The notes beneath the pieces were generated by a model that worked only from the letters and a program-made list of their open reading frames with translations, had not been told where the DNA came from and searched no databases. This document shows positions 1 through 9,427 of a stretch of 64,000 bases of DNA, one piece after another. A program made the translations under genes and the position numbers. The number at the start of each line of letters is the position of its first letter. Position 1 is the first letter of the stretch. Source of the stretch: Planctomycetota bacterium (GTDB lineage: Bacteria; Planctomycetota; UBA1135; UBA2386); assembly GCA_965223545.1 (NCBI GenBank), contig OZ245006.1, positions 4,448,001-4,512,000 on the forward strand, in the 5' to 3' direction.

Positions 1-203
1 CCGCTCCTTGTTCTGGCAGGCGTGGATCGCCGGTGACCCGGGGGCACCGCAGGGGTTCGCGGCGTCCGCGGGTTTGGCGACGCGCCTCGGCTTCTGAGGC
101 GCCGCAGATCGACATCCGGGTCGCCCCGACCACGGCCTCGGGAAGAACCGGGGGCGGCGCGCGCTTGCGCGCCGCGACCGACGGCGGTACCCCAGCCGGT
201 CGC

Positions 204-1643
204 ATGCATGCTGCCAACCCTCCCGTGAAGCGTCGTCTGGACGAACTCGAGGCCAAGCTCGCCACCGAGAGCCCGATCCTGGTCGACGCGATCAAGGCGT
301 TCCGCCGGCTGGACGCGACCGCGTACGAAATGGGCCTGCTCGACGGGGATGACAGCTACGCGAGCACGATCTCGTGGTGGCCGTGCGTCTCGATTCTCGG
401 CACCTTCTCGGCCGGCAAGTCGAGCTTCGTCAACTACGTCTTGGGCAGCGATCTGCAGCGCACCGGCAACCAGGCCGTGGACGACAAGTTCACCGTGTTG
501 TGCTACAGCCCCGACCCCGAGCCGAAGGTGCTGCCCGGGGTCGCGCTCGACTCGGATCCGCGGTTTCCGTTCTTTCGCATCAGCGAGCAGCTCGATCTGG
601 ATTCGCCGGGCGAAGGCCAGCGCATCGACGCCTACTTGCAGCTCAAGACCTCCAACCACGAGCTGCTCAAGGGGTGCATCCTGATCGACTCTCCCGGCTT
701 CGACGCCGACGCGCAGCGGACCGCGGTGCTGCGCATCGTCGATCACATCATCGATCTGTCCGATCTCGTGCTCGTGTTCTTCGATGCGCGGCGGCCCGAG
801 CCCGGCGCGATGCGCGACACGCTGCGCCACCTCGTGGGCGGCACGGTGCGCCGGCACGACTCGGACAAGTTCGTGTTCGTGCTCAACCAGCTCGACGCCA
901 CCGCGCGCGAGGACAATGCCGAGGAGATCGTCGCCGCCTGGCAGCGGTGTCTCGCCGAGCACGGTCTGACGGCCGGTCGCTTCTACTGCATCTACAACCC
1001 GCAGGCGGCGATGCCGATCGAGGACGCGCAGCTGCGCGCGCGCTACGAGGCCAAGCGCGACCGCGACCTCGGCGAGGTCCTGGAGCGCATCAGCAAGGTC
1101 GAGAACGGCCGTGCCTACCGCATCGTCTCGAGCCTGGGCAAGACCGCGGCCGCGGTCGAGGCCGCGGTGCCGCGTCTCGAAGGCGCGCTCGACCGCTGGC
1201 GCAACCGAGTCCTGGTGCTGGACGGCGTGGTCTTCGGTCTGTTGGGTCTGCTGGCCTTGCTGTTCTGGTGGGGTTCGGAGGCGCCAGTGCGCCAGCGTTG
1301 GCTCGACAGCATCGGCGAGCAGCCGTGGGTCGGGGTGGTCATGGCGGTCGTCGCCTTGGCCGGCCTTTTGTTCGTGCACCTGGCAATCCGCACCGCGGCC
1401 GCCAACGCGGTCGGACGCCGGCTCGGCGCCGACCCGGCCAGCGAGGGGACTGCCGGCAGCGTGCGCCGCGCGTTCGAGCGCAGCACCCGCCCCGGCCGCT
1501 CGATGTTGCTGGGCCGGCCCGCCGGCTGGTCTCGCGCGGCGCAGCGCGGCGTCGCCGAGGTTCGCCAGGTGGCGGCCGACTACGTGCGGCGGCTCAACGA
1601 TCACTTCGCCAGCGCGGGGGCGCAGCAAGAGAGCGAGGCGTGA
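204..1643 (+). CDS. Dynamin/EHD-like GTPase with two C-terminal transmembrane segments
   Basis: P-loop GTFSAGKS, DSPG (G3), NQLD (G4), two hydrophobic segments near the C-terminus. Start moved to ATG 204 because the upstream extension looks non-coding. Confidence 0.8.
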   Translation: MHAANPPVKRRLDELEAKLATESPILVDAIKAFRRLDATAYEMGLLDGDDSYASTISWWPCVSILGTFSAGKSSFVNYVLGSDLQRTGNQAVDDKFTVLCYSPDPEPKVLPGVALDSDPRFPFFRISEQLDLDSPGEGQRIDAYLQLKTSNHELLKGCILIDSPGFDADAQRTAVLRIVDHIIDLSDLVLVFFDARRPEPGAMRDTLRHLVGGTVRRHDSDKFVFVLNQLDATAREDNAEEIVAAWQRCLAEHGLTAGRFYCIYNPQAAMPIEDAQLRARYEAKRDRDLGEVLERISKVENGRAYRIVSSLGKTAAAVEAAVPRLEGALDRWRNRVLVLDGVVFGLLGLLALLFWWGSEAPVRQRWLDSIGEQPWVGVVMAVVALAGLLFVHLAIRTAAANAVGRRLGADPASEGTAGSVRRAFERSTRPGRSMLLGRPAGWSRAAQRGVAEVRQVAADYVRRLNDHFASAGAQQESEA

Positions 1644-2317
1644 GCGCCCAGCGCGGCGCGATCTTCGACTGGGACGGAGTGCTGGTCGATTCGCACGACC
1701 AGCACGAGCGCGCGTGGCGCCAGTTCGCCGGCGATTGCGGCATCGAGCTGCCGGCCAGCTTCATCAAGGACACCTTCGGCATGCGCAACGAGGGCATCCT
1801 GCCGTACCTCGGGTTGGCCGAGCCCGGCGATCGCGACCGCATCGCCACGCTGGCGCTGCGCAAGGAGACGATCTACCGCGAGCTGGCCCAGCGCGAGGGG
1901 TTGCCGCCCCTGCCCGGGGTGCGCTCGTTCTTGGCAGCCCTCGCCGACGCCGGCGTGCCGTGCGTGATCGGCTCGTCGGCGCCGCGCGACAACATCACCC
2001 CGGTGCTGGAGCGCGAGGGGCTGCGCGAGGCGTTCGTCGATCTGGTGGCGGCCGAAGACGTCGAGCGCGGCAAGCCCGATCCCGAGGTGTTCGTCCGCTG
2101 CGCGCAGCGCATCGGTCTGCCGCCGGAGCGGTGTGCGGTCTTCGAGGACGCCCTGGTGGGGGTCGCCGCGGCCCGCGCTGCCGGCTGCGTGGTCGTCGCG
2201 GTGACCAACACGCATCCCGCCGCCTCGTTCACCGACGTCGACCACGTGCTGGATGGGTTGCAAGGCATGGACGCCGCGCGCTTCGCGCGCCTGTTCGACG
2301 CCGGTCCGCTATCGTGA
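1640..2317 (+). CDS. HAD family phosphatase (beta-phosphoglucomutase-like)
   Basis: FDWDGVLVDS motif I, GKPDP, FED motif. GTG start overlaps the upstream TGA (GTGA). Confidence 0.9.
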   Translation: MSAQRGAIFDWDGVLVDSHDQHERAWRQFAGDCGIELPASFIKDTFGMRNEGILPYLGLAEPGDRDRIATLALRKETIYRELAQREGLPPLPGVRSFLAALADAGVPCVIGSSAPRDNITPVLEREGLREAFVDLVAAEDVERGKPDPEVFVRCAQRIGLPPERCAVFEDALVGVAAARAAGCVVVAVTNTHPAASFTDVDHVLDGLQGMDAARFARLFDAGPLS

Positions 2318-2323
2318 GTGGTC

Positions 2324-2746
2324 ATGGCCGAGACCACCGCGACCTGTCTGTGCGGAAGCGTCGAGCTCCGCATCGCGCTGCCACCCAAGTGGGTCGGACA
2401 CTGCCACTGCGTCAACTGCCGGCGCGCGCAAGGTGCCGGTGTCTGGACCTACGCCACGTTCACCCCTGACGCGGTCCGCGTCGCCCGCGGCGCCGGCGAG
2501 CTCACGCGCTATCAGTCCGACACGCAGGCCACGCGCCAGTTTTGCCGGCGCTGCGGCAGCACCCTCACCTACGAGTCGCCGCGCTGGCCGAACACCATCG
2601 ACGTCTCGGTGGGTTGCGTCGACGGCGACCTGGGCGTGGCTCCGTCGAAGCACATGTATGCGGACCGCAGTCCGCAGTGGTGTCCGATCCTCGACGACTT
2701 GCCCCGGTACGGCGGCAGCCACAGCGAGCAGCGCATGGACGGTTAA
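2324..2746 (+). CDS. GFA family (CENP-V-like Zn-binding) protein
   Basis: CLCG, CHCVNCRR and FCRRCGS motifs. Confidence 0.9.
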   Translation: MAETTATCLCGSVELRIALPPKWVGHCHCVNCRRAQGAGVWTYATFTPDAVRVARGAGELTRYQSDTQATRQFCRRCGSTLTYESPRWPNTIDVSVGCVDGDLGVAPSKHMYADRSPQWCPILDDLPRYGGSHSEQRMDG

Positions 2747-2828
2747 CCGAGTTGGTGTTGCAGGGCGGAGACACATCGTGTTTCGAAGCCGATTCCAGTA
2801 CCTCGCCACGACCGTCTCGCTGTTCGTG

Positions 2829-5288
2829 ATGGTTGCGGCCTCCGGCCCGCTTCCGGCGCAGCTGCAGTCGGCGGTCGCACAGCATCGGAGCGTCGATGCA
2901 CGCCGGTGCTTGCCGAGCCACTTCGTCGCCAACGCCGGGCAGTGGCACTCGGACGTCCACTACGCAATCCGGACGCAGGGCATGGTGATCGGCGCCTGCC
3001 AGTCGTCGCTACTGCTCCGATTCCCACAGGGCGATCGCGGTCGCGAGCTGCGCCTGTCATTCCGTGGGGCCGCCCCGGACTGCCGCCTCGAGAGCGAGGG
3101 CTTGGCCCGCGAGCGCTTGTCCTTCGTGTTGGGGGACGACCCCGCGCGGTGGCGCCACGATGTGCGCTCGTACGAGTCGTTGCGGTGGCGCGGGGTGTAC
3201 GACGGGATCGACGCGGTGCTGCGCAGGGCCGCCGATGGGCAAGTGCACTACGACTTCGTCTTGCAGCCAGGGGTCGACGCCAGCCGGATCGTGGTGGACT
3301 GCAGCGGCGGGCTGGCGCTTCGCATCGCCGAGAACGGAGACCTGCGCGTCGTGGCGCCCGGTGGCGAGCTGCGCCACTCCGCTCCCGTCGCTTGGGAGGA
3401 GCACGATGGGGTCTCTCGCCCGGTGCCGTGCCGGTTTCGCGTGCTCGGTGGCCACTCGTTCGGCTTCGAAGTCGAGGCGCAGCGGGGCCCCGGCACGCTG
3501 ACCATCGACCCCGGCCTGACTTGGTCCAGCTATTACGGAGGCGGCCAAGACGAGTTCGCCGAGGACGTTGCGTGGGGCCCCGGCGGCAGTGTCGTCGTGG
3601 TGGGGCGGACGTCGTCTGCGGGATTGTTCGCGACCGCGGGAGCCTACGACCCGAGCCACAACGGCGGCGAGGACGTCTTCCTCGCGCAGCTGGACGCCGC
3701 CGGGCGATTGCAGGCCGCGACGTTTCTGGGCGGGAAAGGCGACGACCGTCCGAGTGCCGTCGTAGTGGATCCATCGGGGGGTGCAGTCGTCGTGGGGTGG
3801 ACCTTCAGCAGTGACTTTCCGACGACGCCCAACGCCTTCGACCGCACTGCGAACGCCGGATTCGACGCCTTCGTGGCGCGCTTGGCACCAGCGGCGCGCG
3901 GCCTCTTGCAGGCGACCTATCTGGGCGGCTCGTTTCACGACTACGCCACCGATGTGGAGCTCGAAGCCGATGGCAGCCTCGTTGTCGTTGGCCTGACGAG
4001 ATCCGGGGACTTCCCGACAACGCCGTTTGTCTCGCAGGCCTCGATGCAGGGGAAGCAGGATGGTTTTGTCACCAAGCTCGCGGCGGGCGGTGGCGCGCTG
4101 TCCTTCTCGACGTTCCTCGGCGGGAGCGGAACCGACACCTGCGATTCGGTCGGTATCGACTCGGTCGGTCGTGTCACCGTGGGGGGCACGACCACGTCGA
4201 ACGACTACCCGGTCACTTCCGGCGCCTACAGTACCGCCCTCTCGGGTCCCTCTGACTGCGTTGTGGTGCAGTTGGCCCCAAGCGGATCTTCAGCGGTCTT
4301 CGCCACCTACTTTGGCGGCGATGGGCAAGAGTGGTTGTCGGGACTCGAGATCGACGGCGCGGGCGCGCTGGTGATCGCGGGGCACACCACCTCCTCTGGG
4401 CTCGCCACCCCCGGCGCATTCGATCCCAGCTTGAACGGAGTGTCCGACGGCTTCGTCGCGAAGCTGAACGCGCAAGCGACGGCGGTCCAGTTCGCGACCT
4501 ACTTGGGAGGTGGAGGGCCGGAATCGATGCTCGGCCTGGCTCTCACCTCGCGGGGCGAGGCGGTGGTTGTCGGGAGTACGTCTTCGCCCAATTGGCCGAC
4601 GACGCTGGGTTCTCTCCAGCCGGTGATTCCCAGCTTCGCCACCCCGTTTCGAGGCGACGGTTTCGTCACCAAGCTCTCGGACAACGGTGATCGTCTGGTG
4701 TACTCGACGTTCTTGGCGGACCCGGGCGGGGACGCCGTGCGTGGCCTCGACCTGGACGATCTCGATGTGGCCGTTGCGGCGGGAGCCACGGATGGCGCGA
4801 GCTTCCCGGTGACTCCCGGCGCCGCTCAGCCGACGATTGGTGGCGGCTACGATGCCACGATCTCCGTCTTGGACCTGCTGCCAACGGGCGCGACGGCGTT
4901 CGGCTCGTCCAGCCCGGGTTGCGCCGGGCCGCTGCCGATCGGCATCGACTCGTGGCCGGGGGTGGGGACGACCTTCGCGGTGACTTGTGGCAACGCGCCG
5001 CCGCTCGGCGTCGGCGTGGCGTACTTTGGCGCGCTGGGTCTCTCCGCACCCCTACCTGTCGCAGGTATGAACCTGTGGGTCGATCCGAACGGTGCGTGGA
5101 CGCTGCCGATCCCGGCGACGAGCAACGCAGTGGGGGCCGCCGACTTTCCGGTGCGGGTTCCCCAGCGGGCGGGGTTGGTCGGCACCGGCTTCGTCGCGCA
5201 GTTCGTCTGGCTCGATCCAGGTGCTGTGCCGCCGTGTCCGCCGATGGGGGTGTCCGGCTCCAACGGGCTCAGTCTGGTCTTGCAGTAG
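2829..5288 (+). CDS. Secreted SBBP-repeat beta-propeller protein with shared C-terminal module
   Basis: FVANAGQW N-domain, IDP linker, repeated (S/A)T(F/Y)LGG...D and D(G/A)FV(T/A)KL units. Start uncertain (2778-2829). Confidence 0.8.
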   Translation: MVAASGPLPAQLQSAVAQHRSVDARRCLPSHFVANAGQWHSDVHYAIRTQGMVIGACQSSLLLRFPQGDRGRELRLSFRGAAPDCRLESEGLARERLSFVLGDDPARWRHDVRSYESLRWRGVYDGIDAVLRRAADGQVHYDFVLQPGVDASRIVVDCSGGLALRIAENGDLRVVAPGGELRHSAPVAWEEHDGVSRPVPCRFRVLGGHSFGFEVEAQRGPGTLTIDPGLTWSSYYGGGQDEFAEDVAWGPGGSVVVVGRTSSAGLFATAGAYDPSHNGGEDVFLAQLDAAGRLQAATFLGGKGDDRPSAVVVDPSGGAVVVGWTFSSDFPTTPNAFDRTANAGFDAFVARLAPAARGLLQATYLGGSFHDYATDVELEADGSLVVVGLTRSGDFPTTPFVSQASMQGKQDGFVTKLAAGGGALSFSTFLGGSGTDTCDSVGIDSVGRVTVGGTTTSNDYPVTSGAYSTALSGPSDCVVVQLAPSGSSAVFATYFGGDGQEWLSGLEIDGAGALVIAGHTTSSGLATPGAFDPSLNGVSDGFVAKLNAQATAVQFATYLGGGGPESMLGLALTSRGEAVVVGSTSSPNWPTTLGSLQPVIPSFATPFRGDGFVTKLSDNGDRLVYSTFLADPGGDAVRGLDLDDLDVAVAAGATDGASFPVTPGAAQPTIGGGYDATISVLDLLPTGATAFGSSSPGCAGPLPIGIDSWPGVGTTFAVTCGNAPPLGVGVAYFGALGLSAPLPVAGMNLWVDPNGAWTLPIPATSNAVGAADFPVRVPQRAGLVGTGFVAQFVWLDPGAVPPCPPMGVSGSNGLSLVLQ

Positions 5289-5290
5289 CC

Positions 5291-5505
5291 GGCCCCGCGC
5301 GCTCAACGCGGCCAGGGCCGCAACCAACCCGGAGCGGGCCGTCGACCGGAGCGGAGCCAGCGATTCCAGCGGTGCCGGACGGCCGCGCTGAGCGCAGACG
5401 CCAGTGTTGCTTTCGAGCGCCCGGGAGTTGCGGTACCGAAGTGCTGACGACAGCGGGCTTCGGAAAGGTTGTCGCCGCGCGAAGATTCTCGGCCCCGCGC
5501 GCTCA
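5291..5505 (-). repeat. Dispersed ~200-bp hairpin repeat, copy 1
   Basis: Reverse complement aligns with 11190-11398, including a 26-nt identical block GAATCTTCGCGCGGCGACAACCTTTC. 15-bp direct repeat GGCCCCGCGCGCTCA at 5291-5305 and 5491-5505. Confidence 0.85.
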
Positions 5506-6699
5506 CAGCACTTGCCAAGAGCAACACGCGACCCCCTCGCGCCGAAACGACTGATCCCCGGCGTAGAACAGCGCGGCCGGCCGATCGGGGTCGCCCGCCA
5601 GCCGCCGCCAGTAATGCAGTCCGGCGAAGAAGTCGGCCGCGATCGTCTGCCCCGATTTAATCTCGACGGGGATCGGATGCGGACCCTCGTCGATGAGCAC
5701 GTCGACCTCGTGACCGGTCGAGTCGCGCCAGAACCAGAGTCGAGGCTCCTGCCCGGCGTGGCAGTAGCTCTTGTAGAGCTCGGAGACGACGAAACTCTCG
5801 AACACGGCGCCGCGCGACGAGTGATGGCGCAGCTCGTCGGGCGTGCGGATGCCGAGCAGGAAACAGAGCAGGCCAGTATCGAGAAAGTAGAGTTTGGGGC
5901 TGCGGATCAGGCGCTTGTTGAAGCTCTGGTGGTGGGGTCGCAGTAGGAAAACGACGAAGCTCGCCTCGAGGACCGACAGCCATCGCTTTGCCGTCGTGTG
6001 GGTGATGCCGCAGTCGTTGCCCAGGGCCGTCAGGTTGAGGAGCTGGCCGTTGCGGCCCGCGCACAGGAGCACGAAGCGGTGAAATGCTTCGAGGTCGCCA
6101 ACGTTGACCAGCTCGCGGACGTCTCGCTCGACGTAGGTGCGGTGGTAGTCGCGCAGCCACGGCTGGGGGTCGAGCCCCTTGTCGTGGATGCGCGGGTACA
6201 AGCCGCGAAACAGCACGTCGAGAAACGCTTCGTCGAACGACCTGCCCGCTCCGGGCATGCGGTGGCCGATCGACGCGGGCGCCAGAGGCTTGCGTCCGGC
6301 GAGCTCGCTGAGGGAGAACGGCAAGAGGTGGAAGATCGCCGTGCGGCCGGCGAGCGACTGCGAGATGCTCCGGGACAGCAAGAAGTTCTGCGACCCGGTG
6401 AGCACGTAGCGACCGGGACGGTCGGCCTCGTCGACGCGCGTTTGGATGTACGAGAACAGGTCGGGTGCGCGCTGTGCCTCGTCGAGGATGACGCCACCGC
6501 GGAACTGGTCCAGAAAGCCGCGGGGATCGGTGGTCGCGTAGTCTCGCGTGTCGGGTTCTTCGAGCGAGACGTAGTCGTGCTGGCCGAACGTAGCGCGGGC
6601 CAAGGTCGTCTTGCCTGATTGGCGCGGTCCGGTCAGCGTGACCACCGGCTGCTGGCTGGCTGCCTTGCGGAGGGCGGTCCGAAGCTCGCGCTGGATCAC
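5503..6699 (-). CDS. AAA_14 / DUF4143 ATP-binding protein
   Basis: GPRQSGKT Walker A, ILDEAQ Walker B, LTGSQ, PKLYFLDTGL, and a C-terminal EVD...PVEIK nuclease-like motif. GTG start at 6699. Confidence 0.9.
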   Translation of the reverse strand: MIQRELRTALRKAASQQPVVTLTGPRQSGKTTLARATFGQHDYVSLEEPDTRDYATTDPRGFLDQFRGGVILDEAQRAPDLFSYIQTRVDEADRPGRYVLTGSQNFLLSRSISQSLAGRTAIFHLLPFSLSELAGRKPLAPASIGHRMPGAGRSFDEAFLDVLFRGLYPRIHDKGLDPQPWLRDYHRTYVERDVRELVNVGDLEAFHRFVLLCAGRNGQLLNLTALGNDCGITHTTAKRWLSVLEASFVVFLLRPHHQSFNKRLIRSPKLYFLDTGLLCFLLGIRTPDELRHHSSRGAVFESFVVSELYKSYCHAGQEPRLWFWRDSTGHEVDVLIDEGPHPIPVEIKSGQTIAADFFAGLHYWRRLAGDPDRPAALFYAGDQSFRREGVACCSWQVL

Positions 6700-6711
6700 G
6701 GTGGGATCGTA

Positions 6712-6738
6712 CAGATTGAATATCTGAAATTCAATCTG
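6712..6738. promoter_or_regulatory. AT-rich palindrome upstream of the DUF4143 ATPase (putative operator)
   Basis: CAGATTGAAT-N7-ATTCAATCTG, perfect 10-bp arms, 12 nt upstream of the start codon. Confidence 0.55.
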
Positions 6739-6810
6739 CAAGATCTCCAAGGGCCCACCCCCAGCCCCCGCCCCGGGGCCGGTTCGCGCCTGCTGCCGGC
6801 CCGCAGCCGG

Positions 6811-7908
6811 TCAGCTGCCGGCGCGGCTCGGGACCGGCCGCCGCGGCCGCTGCTCGAGCGCCTTCTCGAAGATGCTCTTGTTGTGCGCGTGCAAGAACGC
6901 GTCGCGCGGGTCGACGATGTTGCTGACCACCAGGTCGCGCAGAGCGTCGTCCAGGGTGTGCATGCCGTGGCTGCGGCCACTCTGCATCACGTTGGCGAGG
7001 TCTTGGGTCTTGCCCTCGCGGATGATGTTGCTCACCGCCGGGGTCGAGATCAGGACCTCGGTGGCGGGCACGCGACCGCCGACGTCGCGGCGGGGCAGCA
7101 GCACCTGGCTAATGATGCCGGCGAGACACTGGGACAGCATGGTCCGCACCTGCGGTTGCTCGGACGGCGGGAACACGTCGATGATGCGGTCGATCGAGTC
7201 GGTGGCGCCGTTGGTGTGCAGCGTGGCGAACACCAGCATGCCGAGCTCGGCCGCCGTCAGGGCGCGGCGGATGCTCTCCAGGTCGCGCAGCTCGCCGATC
7301 AGCAGGACGTCGGGGTCCTCGCGCGTCGCATCGATGATGCCGGTCTCGAAGTCGACGATGTCGTAGTGCATCCCGCGCTGGTGGATGATCGAGCGCTTGG
7401 GCGTGTGCAAGAACTCGATCGGGTCCTCGAGCGTGATGATGTGCTTGCGGTATTGATCGTTGATCGCGTCGATGATCGCGGCCTGGGTCGAGGTCTTGCC
7501 GGAGCCCGTCGCGCCGGTGACCAGCACCATTCCGCGGTGCATGTGGGCGAAGTCGTTGAGCGACGAGGGCAGCCCGAGCTGGCTCAGCGACGGCACCTTG
7601 GCCGGAATGCTGCGGAACACGACCGCCGGGCCCCAGTGGTCGTGGAAGTAGTTGCAGCGAAAGCGGCCGAGGGTCGGGTTGCCGTAGGCGAAGTCGAGCT
7701 CCTTGCGCCGCTCGAGACACTCGAGCTGGTCGGGGGTCAGGATGCCGCGCACCAGGTGGGTGATGATCTCGGCGGTCAGCGGCTTCATCTGCTGCTCGCG
7801 CACCAGGTCGCCGTCGATCCGAAAGCGCGGCTCGGTGCCAACCCGCAAGTGCAGATCGGAAGCACCGACCTCGTTCATCCTTTGAAACAGCTTGTCGATT
7901 TGCGGCAT
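6811..7908 (-). CDS. pilT: PilT/PilU family type IV pilus retraction ATPase
   Basis: ASDLHL, GATGSGKT, TLEDPIE, REDPDV..IGELRD, ATLHT, AVSNIIRE. Confidence 0.9.
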   Translation of the reverse strand: MPQIDKLFQRMNEVGASDLHLRVGTEPRFRIDGDLVREQQMKPLTAEIITHLVRGILTPDQLECLERRKELDFAYGNPTLGRFRCNYFHDHWGPAVVFRSIPAKVPSLSQLGLPSSLNDFAHMHRGMVLVTGATGSGKTSTQAAIIDAINDQYRKHIITLEDPIEFLHTPKRSIIHQRGMHYDIVDFETGIIDATREDPDVLLIGELRDLESIRRALTAAELGMLVFATLHTNGATDSIDRIIDVFPPSEQPQVRTMLSQCLAGIISQVLLPRRDVGGRVPATEVLISTPAVSNIIREGKTQDLANVMQSGRSHGMHTLDDALRDLVVSNIVDPRDAFLHAHNKSIFEKALEQRPRRPVPSRAGS

Positions 7909-7953
7909 CGTCTCACCTATCCCGAGGGCGCCCCTGGTTCTTCCAAAACAGCT

Positions 7954-9252
7954 CTAGGCGGGCGCCATGAAGCGTGCGCGGTCGGCGGCGCGCGTCAGCG
8001 CGTCTTCGACCGTGATCTGGTTGTCGGCGATCAGCTTGAGCAGGCTGTCGTCCATCAAGTGCGAGCCGGCGCTCTTGTTCATCTGCATCACCATCGGGAT
8101 CTGCCACTCGCGGGCTTCGCGGATGAGATTGGAGATCGCCGCGTTGACGATCATCACCTCGGTGGCCAAGCACCGACCGGTGCCCTCGATGTTGGGTACC
8201 AGCTCCTGGCAGATCACCGCGCGCAGCACGCCGGCGAGCATGGTGCGCACGTGCGCGCGCTTCTCGGCCGGAAACTGGTCGATGATGCGGACCACCGTGC
8301 TGTGCGCGTTGCGCGTGTGCAGCGTGCCGAACACCAAGTGGCCGGTCTCGGCCGCGGTCAACGCGGTGGCGACCGTCTCCGGATCGCGCATCTCGCCGAC
8401 CACGATGACGTCCGGGTCCTCGCGCAGAACCGAGCGCAGCGCGTCGGAGAACGAGCCGTTGACGGTCGACAGATCGCGCTGCGTGACCAGGCCCTGGTCG
8501 CTCTTGAACACGCTCTCGATCGGGTCCTCGAGGGTGATCACGTGCCGCTGCGACGTGCGGTTGACGAGGTCGATCAGTGCGGTCAGCGTGGTCGACTTGC
8601 CCGATCCGGTGGTGCCGGTGATCAGCACCAGCCCGGTCTTGTAGTCCGCCATGCTGCGCAGATTGGCGGGCAGACCGAGCGACTCGGCGGTGGCGACTTC
8701 GCCCGGCAGCACGCGGAACACCGCGCCGATGCCGCCGAAGTGGCGGAAGACGTTGACGCGAAAGCGGCCGATCTCGCCAAGATCGATCGCGGTGTCCACT
8801 GACTTGCGCTCGTAGTAGTTCTCGATGTCGGTCTTCTGCAGCAGGCCGAAGATCATCTCCTGGCACTGCTTCAGATCGAGCGCCACCATCGGCAGCTCGG
8901 ACAGCTTGCCGTTGAGCCGGACCGTGGGCGGCTTGCCAGACGAAAGGTAGAGATCGGAGGCGCCGAGGCGGCGCGCCACCTCGAGGTACTCACGCACACC
9001 GCCCTGCTCCAGATAGCTGCCGAGCTCGCCGCTCGACATCTCGAGCTTCGAGCTCTTGGGGTCCAGGCTCTGGCGTTGCGCCGAGAGCACGCGCTGCAGG
9101 AGCTTCTCGGAGATCAGCCCCTCGTCGAGCAGGATTTTGCCCAGCGGCACCGGCGCGCTGCTCTGCTCCTGGATCTTCAAGCAGCGCCGCAGGTCATCCT
9201 CGGTGATGACGTGGAAGTTGGTCAGGATCTGGCCAAGCAGTCGTTGTTGCAT
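7954..9252 (-). CDS. pilT: PilT/PilU family ATPase with N-terminal MshEN-like domain
   Basis: GTTGSGKS, LEDPIE, LREDPDV, GTLHT, AISNLIRE. The N-terminus has two LG.IL....I....L...L..Q repeats. ATG start at 9252. Confidence 0.85.
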   Translation of the reverse strand: MQQRLLGQILTNFHVITEDDLRRCLKIQEQSSAPVPLGKILLDEGLISEKLLQRVLSAQRQSLDPKSSKLEMSSGELGSYLEQGGVREYLEVARRLGASDLYLSSGKPPTVRLNGKLSELPMVALDLKQCQEMIFGLLQKTDIENYYERKSVDTAIDLGEIGRFRVNVFRHFGGIGAVFRVLPGEVATAESLGLPANLRSMADYKTGLVLITGTTGSGKSTTLTALIDLVNRTSQRHVITLEDPIESVFKSDQGLVTQRDLSTVNGSFSDALRSVLREDPDVIVVGEMRDPETVATALTAAETGHLVFGTLHTRNAHSTVVRIIDQFPAEKRAHVRTMLAGVLRAVICQELVPNIEGTGRCLATEVMIVNAAISNLIREAREWQIPMVMQMNKSAGSHLMDDSLLKLIADNQITVEDALTRAADRARFMAPA

Positions 9253-9427
9253 GACGGGCGGCTCGCGTCCGGTCCTCGGTCTTCGCGGGCAGCCCTCACC
9301 AGCTCCCCGTCCTTTCTGATCCTCGGCAATCGCGAGCGGCCGACCGTAGAGCGGACCCAGCAAACCTCGGTGCGCACGGGGTTGGCGTTGCCAATCCAGT
9401 GCTCCAGTCCGAGACTCTCGCACCGCC

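Noticed and set aside
6619..8802. 727-aa + strand ORF and many similar long Arg/Pro-rich ORFs
   Set aside because: Shadow frames of real genes in high-GC DNA, with no motifs.
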